Positions 51,447 through 64,000 of a DNA stretch of 64,000 bases are shown here, piece by piece. Position numbers and translations under genes: made by a program. Positions within the stretch are counted from its first letter, which is position 1; every line of letters begins with the position of its first letter. The notes beneath the pieces were generated by a model, which saw only the letters and a list, made by a program, of their open reading frames with translations, was not told the origin of the DNA and did not search any database. This DNA is from Geosiphon pyriformis uo1. Taxonomy: Eukaryota; Fungi; Glomeromycota. The stretch lies in the NCBI GenBank assembly GCA_016748015.1, contig JAAOMT010000595.1, forward strand, positions 255,051 to 319,050, written 5' to 3'.

Positions 51447-52494
51447 ATAAAAACATCACTATAAAAACTTGACTACTATATGATTCACAATCGTCAATAT
51501 ATGAAAATGAGGGACTTTGATACGTCACTTTCCTTACCCTATTTTAGATAGATATAGGCCAATCTAGACCGATCCTGAAAATTCGAGACAATAATTGTTG
51601 TGTAATATGCAACGCGTGCGTTAGTAGATCCTTGAGTTGGGGATGCTGGGATTTTCTGTCAAAAAGAGTGATAAGAAAAAATTTTTTGGTTTCACAAGAG
51701 AAAAAAAAAACGAATGGATGGGGGAGAATGAGAAAGATTTTTTTTTTGAAATTTTCAATGTTATAAATCTCATAGAGTAAACAAAATACTTAGTTTATTA
51801 TGGATAAACTTCATTCAAAAAGATATTCATTTTTGTAAAAAAGTTTTAGAATTTTTTTTACTAAAATAGACATAATCAGGAAAATCATCATATATTAGCT
51901 GAGAATAAAAAACATTTTTTTTTTTTTGATGGGTTATGGTAAAAAGAAAAAAAATATGGTAACCAGAAATGATTCAATTATTAAAATTGCTATTTTTTGA
52001 ATTAGTTTTTTAATCGTGGGTATTTGAAATTCCTTTTCTTTTTTTTTTTTTTTTTAAAGAATTCAATTCAAATAATTCAAATAATACAACTAATATAAAA
52101 TCCCTACTAATACAACTAAAACAAAATACCTTTTATGCACTCCTGATTTTTTTTAACATAAAATAATAGAATATCACTTTTTAATATATGATCTCGAAGT
52201 GACATGAACAACAATAACAACAAGAACAAACACAAGGTTAACTCCAAAATACAAAATTACACAACAGCATACAGCATTATAAAAAAAAAATACTAAATTC
52301 CAAAATAGGAAAAGTTCGACAAGTAAACAAACAAAAATTGAGAAATTCAAAAATTTTTCGAATGGTCTCGACCTTTTAATAAAAATTTTTTTTAAGCCCA
52401 ATTGTATCTAAAGGGGTTATAAAGAAGCCTAGTCTGTCGAGTTCAAAAAAAATTAGTTTGTAATAATAATCTATATATATTCCTCCTTTTTTCC

Positions 52495-52535
52495 TCATCA
52501 TCATCTTATTATTATTACTACTACTACTACTACTT

Positions 52536-52573
<38 letters not shown>

Positions 52574-52575
52574 TC
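52495..52575 (+). repeat. Compound (TCA/TTA/CTA)n microsatellite
   Basis: Direct observation. Confidence 0.9.
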
Positions 52576-53000
52576 CCAATTTCTCTTTTCAATAGAGATA
52601 AAATAAAAATAAATAATAAAGTAATTATATAATTGCATTAAAATTGTAATCAACTACCCCACATTTGATTCACTCACTCATAAAGAAGAAATTTAAAATA
52701 AAAGATTGTCTAATTGTACTTTAAATCAACAACAACAACAACAACAACAACTTTGCATTTTTTTCACGCGCGCGCGCTCATTCTCACTATCACAATCATC
52801 AATCATCGTCATATTTTATTATCAAGAAAAAAGTTCTATATAAACTCTAGCCCGTCCCCCACTCAAAAAAATCAAAATCATCTCTAAAAGTTTATACAAT
52901 CAAAGGAAAAGCATAAAACTCTTTGACAACTTGTAACAATTTAACATACACACACACATACACACACACATACATACATACATACATACACACATTCAAA

Positions 53001-53960
53001 ATGACTACAACATACTTCTCACCAACTATAACATTACCAGTAATAAAATCAACACACATTTCAGAAGGTGCTTACATAACGATCGGGAATATTGATGCTT
53101 ACTGTGTCGGTCGAGCAAAGAATAAAAAAGCCGTTATTGTGGGTCATGATATGATGGGCTTCACTCCTCGTTCCGAACAACTTTGTGATATCATAGCATC
53201 TCAAGGCTATCAAGTAGTAATGCCATATCTATTTCTTGGTGAATCATATACATTAGAACGAGGGAAACGAGAAACGTAAGTTGAACTTTTAATCAAATCA
53301 ATGAAAGATATAAACGCTTTATCAATTTCAAAAAACAAAATACTAATTTGTTTTCCTTTTTTATTTTTACAGAAATCTTGATAGATTCATATGGGTATCA
53401 CAAGTTGCCCCGATAGAACATCAAAAAAGTGTAATCGAACAAACTCTTCAATATTTACGAGCAGAAGGGATTGATGACTTTGGTTTCTTTGGTGCATCAT
53501 GGGGTGGTAAATGCGCCGCATTAGCCTCACATAATAAAGCATTCTCTGCTGTAGTATTGGTACACGTACCATGGCTGAGCAACGAAGACTTTATTGATAC
53601 ACAATGTCCAATCGCAATACTAACGCCCGGGGATTTAAGAGATCTCGTAAGTACTCACTTATTCTTTCCTTCTCTCTTTTTTATTAAAATGATCTCGTAT
53701 CCATTTTTACATATCACTCACACACACAAATTTCTTCTATTCAATCAATCAATTCTTTACAGACACCAATTGTGCAAACACTTAAATCTACAAAACCCTT
53801 CGCACGAAAAATTGTACATAAAAGGTTTCCAGAGGCACGTTACGGATGGATTGGTACTTTTAGTGATTACACAAATCCATCAGTTGCCGAGCAAACGACC
53901 GAAGCTATGCGAATAGCGGTCACATTCTTCAGAGAAAATATTGGAATACGGAATTATTAA
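53001..53960 (+). CDS. Dienelactone hydrolase (DLH/AIM2-like) family protein, 3 exons (53001-53275, 53373-53646, 53763-53960), with a non-canonical triad
   Basis: IGNIDAYCVG...KAVIVGHDMMGF...QLCDIIASQGYQVVMP; FGFFGASWGGK; SAVVLVHVPWL..ED....CPIAIL; KRFPEARYGW. In-frame GT-AG introns. Confidence 0.88.
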
Positions 53961-54824
53961 AAAAAAAAATTCATCCATCCATCCATCAATCCATCCTCAA
54001 AACTCTATTAAAATAATATTGATATGAACATCAAAAATCATGCATAATATTTCAAAATCTTTTAACATTTTTTCAATCTCTCCCCTCCACTCAATCCCTC
54101 TAAAAATCTCAAAACTACGAAAATAATACTAATGTATGATTTGTTTATATAAAACTTTGTAATATATGAAACTCATTCTCGACTTATTAGTTTTTCTAAT
54201 CAGTCGTAAAAAATATATATTAAAAAAATGAAGAAAAAAAAAATTTTTTATTATTTTTTTGATTCAATCGTCAAACCTTTAAGATAAATTAACTATTCTA
54301 TAGAATTAAATAGGTATCGAAAGTTGAGTATTAATTTGATAGTCGAGAATTAATTAAGGAAACAAACGCATGCCCAACAAACTGGCCTCATGTCACAAAT
54401 TTTAAAACCAATATTTTCAAAACCCAAAACCTAACCACAATTGTCGAAAAATCCAAAAGTCAACTGACTCAAATTACAATATGTTCAAAGTTAAAACCTA
54501 TTTTCATGGGATTAATTATAACGATAACAAATAGTTTTTCAGATTTGGACTCGTCACAAGACATAAAAATAACAAGAAAATTTTTAGTTTATTTTCTAAT
54601 CAAAAAAGATTTTGTACAAAAAGTTTTGTGGGATGCAATAAAATTTGAATATTTTATCAAACTTGTGTCATTTAATCAACGGAAAAACACATTATGATTG
54701 GATATCGTACCTTAAAAGATGTGATAAAGATACATTATATCTAAGGAACTTTACGTGTGCATGAAATAAATGATCCGTTATCCGGTAAAAAAGTTGGCTC
54801 ATCTAATTGAGAAAAATAAGCCAG

Positions 54825-54905
54825 TATTTGATATCTAATTATTGATTGATGATGAATATATTTGATATCTAATAATTGATTGATTGATGATGAGTATATT
54901 TGATC
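54825..54905 (+). repeat. Imperfect tandem duplication, unit about 33-37 bp
   Basis: TATTTGATATCTAAT...GATTGATGATGA occurs twice plus a partial third copy. Confidence 0.8.
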
Positions 54906-55191
54906 TCATAAGTTTAAAAGTTCCATAATTTTATCAACCCAATCCAATCCAATCCAATTTAAACCAATATAAGTTAAATCAAAATTTGAGCACAGACTTT
55001 TTTCATTTAATAATAAAAATAAAAATAATAAGAATAATAAAAAATGCATATCATCGATCTCTGCATTTATTATTTTTTTTTTTAAAATCAAATTCAAAAA
55101 GTAAATATTTTCAAAATATATAATTTTTTTTTTCTTTATATGGATATGTCAAACAGGAAAAATTCTTGATAATAACACTTTTTTGCAAATT

Positions 55192-55195
<4 letters not shown>

Positions 55196-55229
<34 letters not shown>
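55196..55229 (+). repeat. Poly-T run (34 nt)
   Basis: Direct observation. Confidence 0.95.
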
Positions 55230-55235
<6 letters not shown>

Positions 55236-57732
55236 CTTTGAATCAAGGATCGATTAAAATTTAAAAAAAACAATCATACATCAAATTTTTTTTTTTAAGC
55301 TAAATATAAATATATATATATATACATATATATTTATATTAGATATATTAATAAATATAATGGAGTCCAAAACTATTTTAAATAAAAAGATTTACAGAAA
55401 TCGATCCGTAAATTTTTTGAAATATTTATTATAATTATTATTATTATTATTATTATATTATTAAGAATGAATTATTATAAAATTTTAATTTTTTCTAAAT
55501 TATTTCCATAAATAAAAACTGTTAAATAATTAATAATAATTTATTTCCAGATGATTTTGTATAATTCGATTCACAAAATTTTTTAGAATTTGAAGATAGA
55601 GGAAAAACATGTAAATATTCCATTTTAAAATTAAAAATTTTTTTTTTAAAGAAAAAGGATTGGAGAATCAATTATTAAAAAGAAAAAATGATAAGAAGGT
55701 TAAAAAAAGATTATACAGCAGCAAAGTATTCTCTCGATCAGAATCGTAATAAAAATAAAATTTAAAACACCTTCAAACGTTTACATCGAGATGATGATTT
55801 TTTGTTTTCAAGGTTTCCTCGAGATTTCTACAGCAACTCAAAAAATTAATCTTTTTTGAAATACCCAATAAATTTTCGAAAAAACTTTTTAGAAAAAAAC
55901 CTTTTTTTAAATATTTCGTAATCACCTCATAAATCGATCGACTTCTTAAAACTCAAATCATTTCTGAAACAATAAATTTTATTTACAGCAGCAGCATCAT
56001 AATGTTTTCTCTGAATAATTTTGCCATCGGTAATGGATGATCTTTTCACTTTCTTTATTGAGATTTGCGAATCGAGAACATATTCAGCTTTGACACATTC
56101 TAACCACATTCTATTTTCCGATTTATGATTAAAAATAGTTAAATTTTATATTTATTAAATATTATATTACAAAATTTTAGAACACAACAATCAATTTCTA
56201 GAATCAGTTTACCTATTTGAATTTTAATTATTATTAAATGAGGAACAGATAAATATACATTGTATGGGGTATAAAATAATTTTTCTTGAAAGTTTTTACT
56301 ATTGTGAATTCTTAAATCTATGTTCAAAAAATTTATATATTTATTAAATTATTAAATTTTAACTTTTTACTTTATCAAAACTTTTTCTTGTAAATTACTC
56401 CGATTTCTTCGAATTTCTAATATTAAATTTTGTACCATCTAATTAATATGATCACAATTGTGAACACTAGCATTAATATCAAAAATTGCTTGCAACATAA
56501 CATACACCCTGATAGCATATAAATGAGATAGCATATATAAAGGACAAGCACAAATCAAGTCGCAAAATTATCACTCGATTTTCCTCCCTATTTTTGATCG
56601 CTAAAATATATTTTCCTTTATTCTAGATCCAAAAAGCCCTAAAGACTTTAATAATTCAATCAATCAATCAAAGCTTTAAAATTTACAAATATTCAATGTG
56701 AGATAAAAAACCGAGGGAACCTAATTTTTTTTAATTTCTTTTCATCATGTTCAAACACTGTTAATCTGTTCTAGGCACCTTTTTATTAAAAATTTAGGAT
56801 ATTAAAAGAAAAATATACAGTGTATAAAAATATCCTAAATGATGTACACTTTATTTTTCGGAAAACTTGTAATGCGTCGATGCCTGGGAAGGATCTTCTT
56901 TCTCGTAATTAATTTTGTCATGAATCGGTTCAATAGAAAAACTCTCAAAAATATAAAAGTTTTACTTTTCTTTGATAAAATTTAGGGAAATCTTATTTCT
57001 TTTATTTTATTTTATTTTATTTTATATTATATTATATGAATTCTTCAAACAAATCGCCATTAATATAATATATTATTAATTATATACTGCTCTGTTAATC
57101 ATAAAAATACAAAATACATATAATTAATTCTATACAAATAAAAATGGAAATCGGTATCGTGCCAAAACTCAAGTGTTATTGAGATTTTTTTTTATTATGG
57201 CCAAAGCTCTATTCGTGTAAATTCGGGATTGATGCTATTTATGAATTTTTTTATTTACCATAAATTCCTTTCATCTTAGCAAAAAGCTTCATTCTATAAA
57301 AAAAGTCTTTGTAGAATGTAATAGTGGTTTCACGTGCTTTTATTATCAATATTTGGTTCATTTTAGTCGAGAAAATTTATTCTTTTGGTTAATAATACTA
57401 TTACCTTTAGTGATATTCTGGTTTTTATTCTTAAACAAATACAGCAAAAGATAATTCCATTTTTGAAATCAAAATCAAAATTTTTTCTTTTTTTACCAAG
57501 TCTTATCATTTTTTTTTGACATTTAATTTTGCCAAGTTTTTATCTTTTATTAACAAATTAAAAAAAAAATTATATTGATTTTTGTAACTGTAATATTAAT
57601 TTTAATATATATGGTATTTAAAAAGTTTTTATTCTAATATTTATAATATCAATTTCAAAATAATAATTCATATTTTTAAAAATTTTATAAACAGATATTT
57701 AATTTTTTTAAAATTTATTTCATCCAATCATT

Positions 57733-58470
57733 CATTCTCTCATTTCATAGGTTCCTAACTGGGAAATACACTAAATAAAGTCTTGCTTCAAAATAGGGTG
57801 AGCAAGGTGGCAGAAATGGAAGCAATATCAAGCACGGAGTTATTGCTCATAATTGGAAAATTTTGGAAACTGTAAAAGAAATTGCCGCTGAAACTGGCAA
57901 AAAGTCCAGTACAGGTTAAGGTCTTAAAAGAAACTTTAAAAGTTATTTTATCGCAATATTTCGTTTTAGTAAATACAAAACTTTGAGCAAATTATTGATC
58001 TCATTAAATTGGATCGCCCAAAAACCCACCCCTCATTGCAGCTCGTAACGTCAAGCAGCTTGAAGAAAACATTCAATCGTTGAACTTCAAGTAAAGATTT
58101 TCACCATTATATCATGGTTAATTCAATTGCAATAAATTACAGAAACTATATCCTTAAATAACTTTCACTAAGCTTGATGACATTTCTGCTCCTCGAAACT
58201 TAGCGTTCCATATGGATATGGAGAACTTTTTGAAAGGCTTATCGACCCCAAGATAGAAGTGCCAAAAAATTTTGAGCCAATTTTTCATATTAAAAAATTT
58301 AGGTAATAATGAAAAGAAATTATTCTTTCAAGTTTGTTGATATTAAACTTGGCTACATGTACTGGCTAAAATTAAAATCTGAGCTTTTTATTTAGATTAG
58401 TTTTATATGAGAGATTTGAAAAATATAAGGGGATATTTAATTTATTTTTAAATATATAATGACTTTTAAT
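57733..58470 (+). pseudogene. Inverted partial duplicate of the AKR gene (last three exons, introns and 3' UTR)
   Basis: Reverse-complement match to about 60755-61600 (e.g. CATTTCATAGGTTCCTAACTGGGAAATACACTAAA; AAGCAGCTTGAAGAAAACATTCAATC), with stops and deletions. Confidence 0.92.
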
Positions 58471-59470
58471 ATTTAATATTTTATTTTTTTATCAATTTTG
58501 CTTGATTGATAAATAATTTTTTTTAGGATATAGTTATTTTCATATTTATTAGTATGACTTTAACTATTAATTTTATAATTACTCAGTAATTAAGTATATA
58601 TATGAAAATAGCAACAGATCTTTAAGAATTAGATATCAAAAAAAATTAGTGTCAAATATAATCTTTTCAAATCACAAATATATTTTTATTTATCTTAAAA
58701 AATTGAAAAACAATATGTTAAATATTTTATATTTGACTATAATAATTTTCAATTAAAAGTATATAAATATTTATTAAGAAATATAAATCAAAATTATTAG
58801 TATTTTAATATTATATAATTATATTTATTTTTTTAGATTAACTTATTTTATTATTTTATTTTATTTTTTTATTACATGTATAAACTTTTATAAGTAATTA
58901 ATATTTATATATTACCTAAAATAATAGTTCAATATAATTATTGAAATATTTTATAGATCTCTTTGTAATAATCATTTTGATTTTTATTCTACATTGCATT
59001 TTTAAAATATATATATATATATATATATGAATATTTAGCTTATTAACTAGGTAAAATAAAAACTCAATATACATGTTTAACTTTTTGATAGTTTAAAATC
59101 TAAAAATATTTTAATACTGCAGAGTACATTTAAAATTTATTTTCGAAATAATTAGATTTAAAAGTTTGCTACAAAATTACATTGTTCTTGTAATAGAATT
59201 TAGTATTAAAGAGAAAATAAATGTACTAATTTTTTTGTAAATTGGATAGCTTTGAATCTAATTATCAGCATGTTTACTACAATATATGTTTATTTTGTTG
59301 TTAACAGATAAAATAAATTTTTTGTTTCCATTTCTTCGTTGCCCAAATGATATTAAATATGATATAAAATTATGCTTAACTGCGAATACAAATGAAACAA
59401 ATACTGTATGAATTATAAAAGTTATATTATTATATTGTTTTTAAAGAAAATACAAAAATAGATTAATATA

Positions 59471-60691
59471 CAGTGTGTTGCAAAAAGAATTGGACAGAAA
59501 AAAATAATCACTGTGCTTTATCCAATGCACCAAAAGAAATAAATTTTATACCATTAGAAAGCTAAAAAGCACATGATATTCTTTCATCCTTATTCGCAAT
59601 TATCATCTCACAATGGTGTTTCATTGATCCCACTAACCCAATTAGGTATAAACTGCTCTAATTCATCCAGATTTTTGGGCATACGCTTCTCCACATTCCT
59701 TTTCACAATAGCCCATAAGTTTTCAATGAGATTCAAGTCAGGACTATTAGATGGCCAAGCTATAACTTCAGGCATATTCTCTTGAAGAAAGGCTTCGGCT
59801 AGACGGCTTGTGTGCTTTGGGTCATTGTCCTGTTGAAACCGCCACTCATTCCCTAACATTCCTCTTATCTCAGGTAAATGTTCACGAGTAATTTCTACAT
59901 AGAACTTAGCATCCATTATTTGGGTAAAACAAAATAAACTTACCTTTTCTTTCTCATAAAAACCACCCCACGCCATAATATTTGTTCGATCTTTTGGTAT
60001 AGCACGAGTTGGTCGCTGGCCTTTATACCAACGTTCTACTGTATTTCGGAATAGACAAAAAGCTGTTTCATCCGAAGAAACAGTTCTTTTCCAAATTATC
60101 ATTGAGATGTTCTTGAGCCCACTTTACACGATTTTCCTTGCGGAGATTTGTGAGCATTGGAATTGCCAAAGGCAAGTCTTTTATATCCATGATTAATTAA
60201 ATGCCTTTGGATAGTACTAGGAGAAACGTCTACATTCTTTTTTGCTAATTTTATTTTCAAAGTCCTCAAAGATATTGAAGAATCTCGACGGAGGTATTGT
60301 CCTAATGTTCGTGATGCATCTTTAATTTTTCGCGGCCGACCATTTCCACCCGCATGCTCCACCATCCCTGTTTTTTTGAGTTTTTTAAGGATATGATAGA
60401 TAGTTGAGCGTAGTATATTTGTTCGCTGTTTTATTTCAGTTGAGTCTCGTATCCCTTCATTCCAAAAATATAATACGGTTTGGCGCTGTGTTTCTTGCTT
60501 GGAAGGTAGCATTGTGCAAGGAAATTTCTAAAAATATCATTAGTAAAACGCGCGAAAAAAATTTATCATATTTAGCCACTTATCTTAACATTCACTTCCT
60601 AATTCAACCGCCAAAAACTAACTAAAATTTGTTAAACTGTATCAAGTTTTGTGATGTGCATTTTTGGCCAATTTTTTTTTGCAACACACTG
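59471..60691 (-). mobile_element. Full-length Tc1/mariner (DD34E) DNA transposon, 1221 bp
   Basis: TIRs CAGTGTGTTGCAAAAA...ATTGG at both ends, TA target-site duplication (59469-70, 60692-93), internal transposase. Confidence 0.95.
59608..60512 (-). pseudogene. Tc1 transposase, frameshifted
   Basis: HTH and GRPRK N-terminus (60099-60512) plus DDE domain SSDE / QQDNDPKH / WPSNSPDLNLIENLW (34 residues between D and E), split across frames. Confidence 0.93.
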
Positions 60692-60975
60692 TAATAGAAA
60701 AAATTATTCAAAATATTCTTACAAATCAAAGTAACAAGCTATAAGATAACAAAAATAAAGGTCAATATATATGTAAAATAATTAAAATCTCCTTAAAATT
60801 TGTCAAATCTCTCATATGAAACTAATGTAGATTGTTTTGCAATAATGTGACAATAAAAAACTCAAACTTTAATTTTAGCCAATAAATGTGGCTAAAATTA
60901 AGATGAATCTATTTCAATTCTTTTCAAGAACAATATAGAATGAATCTAACAAATCACAAAGACTATTTCTTTTCA

Positions 60976-63082
60976 TTATTCCCCGAATTTTTTAATATGA
61001 AAAATTGGCTCAAACTTTTTCGGCACTTCTATCTTGGGGCCGATAATCCTGTTAAGATGTTCTTTATATCCAAGTGGGAACGGTAACTTCTGAGGAGCAG
61101 AAATGTCATCAAGGCGTTCCATTTGTTCTGGTGTGAGCCTAGTGAAAGTCATATAAGGATATAGTTTTTTGTAATCGATTGCAATCGAGTTAACGTCATG
61201 ATTTAATGATGAAAATCTTTACTTGAAGTTCAAGGATTGAATGTTTTCTTCAAGCTGCTTGACGTTACGTGCTCCAATGAGGGTTGAGGTAATACCGGGT
61301 TTTTGGGCGGTCCAGTTTAATGAGACCTGAAATAGATCAATAATTTGCCCAAAGTTTTGTATTTACTATAAGGAAGTATTGCATAAAATAAATTTCAAAG
61401 TTTCTTTTAAGATCTTAACTTGTGCTGGGCTTTTTCCAGTTTCAGCCGCAATTTCTTTTACAGTTTCCAAAATTTCCCAATTATGAGCAATATTGCTGTG
61501 CTTGATAGTGCTTCTATTTCTACCACCTTGCTCATTTTTTTTTGAGGCAAGATCTTCTTTAGTGTATTTCCCAGTTAGGAACCTATGAAATGAGAGAATG
61601 GGAAAATACATCGCTGATAACTTAAATAGTACATTGAAACTGTTATATTTCTAATCAAACGTACCCTTCCGCAAGACAACCCCATGGAATAACAGCAAGC
61701 TTTAGAAGAAATTATAGCGATTAGAATTGAGTATTTTTGAATTTATCCATTGAACTGGAAAATTCGAAAGAAGCTTACATTATGTTCGGCACTTGCTGGC
61801 TGCAGCTCTTGCTCAAAACTTCGGTCCAATAAACTGTATCGTGTCTGAAGGGCAGAATATGGACTATAAATCCAGAATGAAATTAACTTATGTTTCTTTT
61901 GAAAAAGTTTTTCTTTTCTTCAAAGGAATCTTAAGGATATACCTCCATCCACGAAACTCAGCAATTGTATTTGATCTACTAACTACCCAAGCAGGAGCGT
62001 CGCTAATTGCGACATAATATACCTAATTTAGGGCAGTCAAGAAAAGCTCTTATCATCGCATTTTTTAAATTATCAGTAAGTTTTGTAGAACGAACCTTGC
62101 CACTACGGACTGCGTCGTCCAAGGCACGCATTGTTTCTTCAATTGAGGATCTATATTCCCAAAAGTGAACATAGAGGATATCGACATAGCCTGTGCCTAA
62201 CCTTTTTAAACTGGCGTCAAGGTTTTCCACAAGGCTTTTGCGATGGTTACCACCTGAATTTAATACATACGAAATTTATTTCAATCACGTTACTTTCTAC
62301 CATCTTAATAAATATTCATTTCAGAATGTAATCTTACCTGCATTGGGATTGTACTTTGGTTGGCCAGTCAAAAGAGCCCCAGCGCTAGGATTATCTACAA
62401 ATAATAAAAATTGTATCTTAATTGGCAACTATAAACCTCCGATAACTTTAATATTGTTTATGTATCGATGTCTGAAAAATTATTACACGTATATTTAGTA
62501 GCTAAAATAATTTCTGAACGTTTATCAGAGATTAATTCGCCAACAAACTTTTCGCTCTGTATAGATAAAATATTTTGATTAAGTTATTAGTCTGCCCATT
62601 TAATACTTCAAAAAGTTGGTAATACCGAGCCCTGGTTATAAACATTCGCCGTGTCTTTTTGACGGAAAAAAAATTAGCAATTGAATTATCTTATTTACTC
62701 TGTACTTGCCAGATTATTTGATTGGCTTCTTACCAACAAAATTCCCTCCTTTTTCATAATAGTAGTCAAAAACTTTCTTAGATTCTTCAAAATTGGAGCC
62801 AAAACCCTAACATCAAAAGCAGTGTTCAACATTGAACAATTGAAATGGGACTTTCAATAATGGAGAATAAATAACTTTTATTTACCCACTCTTCACCAAA
62901 AGTCTTAGATTGTTAACGAAGAATTGACAATTAGCTTGTGTAGTCAATAGTTTCCATTTTTTGTCAAAGGTGCCTACCATAGTGCCTAAACATAACGGTG
63001 AAACACGTAGCCCAGTAGAACCAAGAAGTACATGATGATCAAGTCCTTTTAATTTGGGAACGTTAGATGTATCAGTCGTCAT
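60976..63082 (-). CDS. Aldo-keto reductase (aryl-alcohol dehydrogenase-like), 13 exons
   Basis: [121 protein letters not shown]. Asp/Tyr/Lys/His tetrad intact; introns splice in frame. Confidence 0.95.
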
Positions 63083-63273
63083 TCTTCAAATTCGTTGCTG
63101 TTTTAAAAAAAAACCACCAAAAGATGAAAGGCTTTGGTAAAGTTTTGCCTATTTCTATTTATATTAAACATCAATAATCGAAAGATCTCGAGAAAACAAC
63201 TATTCTCCATTTTGGTCGTAATTTACACAACAATTGAAATAAAACGACAGGGTGAAATCTGAGCTAACAAATA

Positions 63274-63373
63274 GTAAAACCTGCGATGATCAGCTATATA
63301 ATGTAAAACCTGCGATAGATTGGGTAAAACCGGCGATAGATTGGGTAAAACCTGCAATAGGGTAAAAACCTGA
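63274..63373. repeat. Imperfect tandem repeat of about 21 bp (GTAAAACCTGCGATAGATTGG) upstream of the AKR gene
   Basis: Units start at about 63274, 63303, 63324, 63345 and 63362. Confidence 0.85.
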
Positions 63374-64000
63374 TCGTATCAAGTGAGAAAATGAAATATA
63401 TAAAATGTGTAAAGAAGGTAAAGGTACTACCATAACATTATCACTAATGGGCGATTATGCTTTGTCTACTAGCTCTATTGAAACAAAAAAGGCCATTTGG
63501 CGCCCATAATTGTCAACTATTCGATGCATACAAGTGCCACTTATAGAAGTACCCTCAGTGTTAGACTTATATATGTTTGATACGGTATCCCTAGAAGGTG
63601 GTAGTCTTTAGTAACGGCTATAAAATTTTAGATCATGATTGTATGCATAAGAAGCGGGTAAGAGATTGTTATTTATATGAATTATACTTCTATATATATA
63701 ATATTATTTTATTGAATATTAAGGTACGTGAAGGAGATGTAAAAGCCATTACACTTGTAAATGAAGATGCAAACAAAAATTCAAATTCAAAGTTGGCATA
63801 CGTAGAATATCTTGGATGTTCCAATAGGGTATAAAATAAAGAATAATTTCTAATCAAAATTAAAAAGTATTAACTTTATCTTTATTTATAGAATGGGTGA
63901 TACTGTATCAAAAAGACAAATCGACCAGCGACTGCCTCTGATCCTTGTCATCAATGTTACGGGAATTAGCACCATTAATGAAAAGACATCTCTTCAGAAC

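Noticed and set aside
51089-52579. Poly-Leu and poly-Ser ORFs
   Set aside because: Artefacts of trinucleotide microsatellites
56792-56840. 12-bp inverted repeat ATTTAGGATATT/AATATCCTAAAT
   Set aside because: Short, AT-rich and isolated; no supporting element structure
63274-63373. CRISPR-like array
   Set aside because: No unique spacers of appropriate length, eukaryotic context, no cas genes
63545-64000. Plus-strand exon-like blocks at the window end
   Set aside because: Could not be spliced into an open frame and are truncated by the window edge

Overview
AT-rich (my estimate about 25% GC), intron-containing eukaryotic DNA. It is most consistent with a Glomeromycota-type fungus; this is an inference from the F-box/LRR genes, a TKL-kinase remnant and divergent class-3 lipase homologues. 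Islands of genes and pseudogenes are separated by sharply bounded, almost C/G-free tracts that look like hypermutated transposon relics. Recognisable genes: a YML020W-like alpha/beta-hydrolase, an NHP6-like HMG-box protein, a small secreted beta-rich protein, DUF4419, two convergent F-box/LRR genes, two lipase-3 homologues, a dienelactone-hydrolase homologue and a 13-exon aldo-keto reductase (AKR). There is also a full-length but frameshifted Tc1 (DD34E) element. Most interesting: (1) an intact solitary Gag/capsid-like ORF with a duplicated capsid C-terminal domain and no zinc knuckle, pol or LTRs, a candidate domesticated Arc-like capsid; (2) alpha/beta-hydrolases with substituted catalytic residues (both lipases Ser->Gly; the DLH Cys->Ser and His->Tyr); (3) an inverted duplication of the AKR 3' end bracketing the Tc1, which could give hairpin dsRNA; (4) a tyrosine-recombinase-type N-terminal domain with no catalytic domain. 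Exon boundaries were read by eye and family calls rest on remembered motifs, not database searches.
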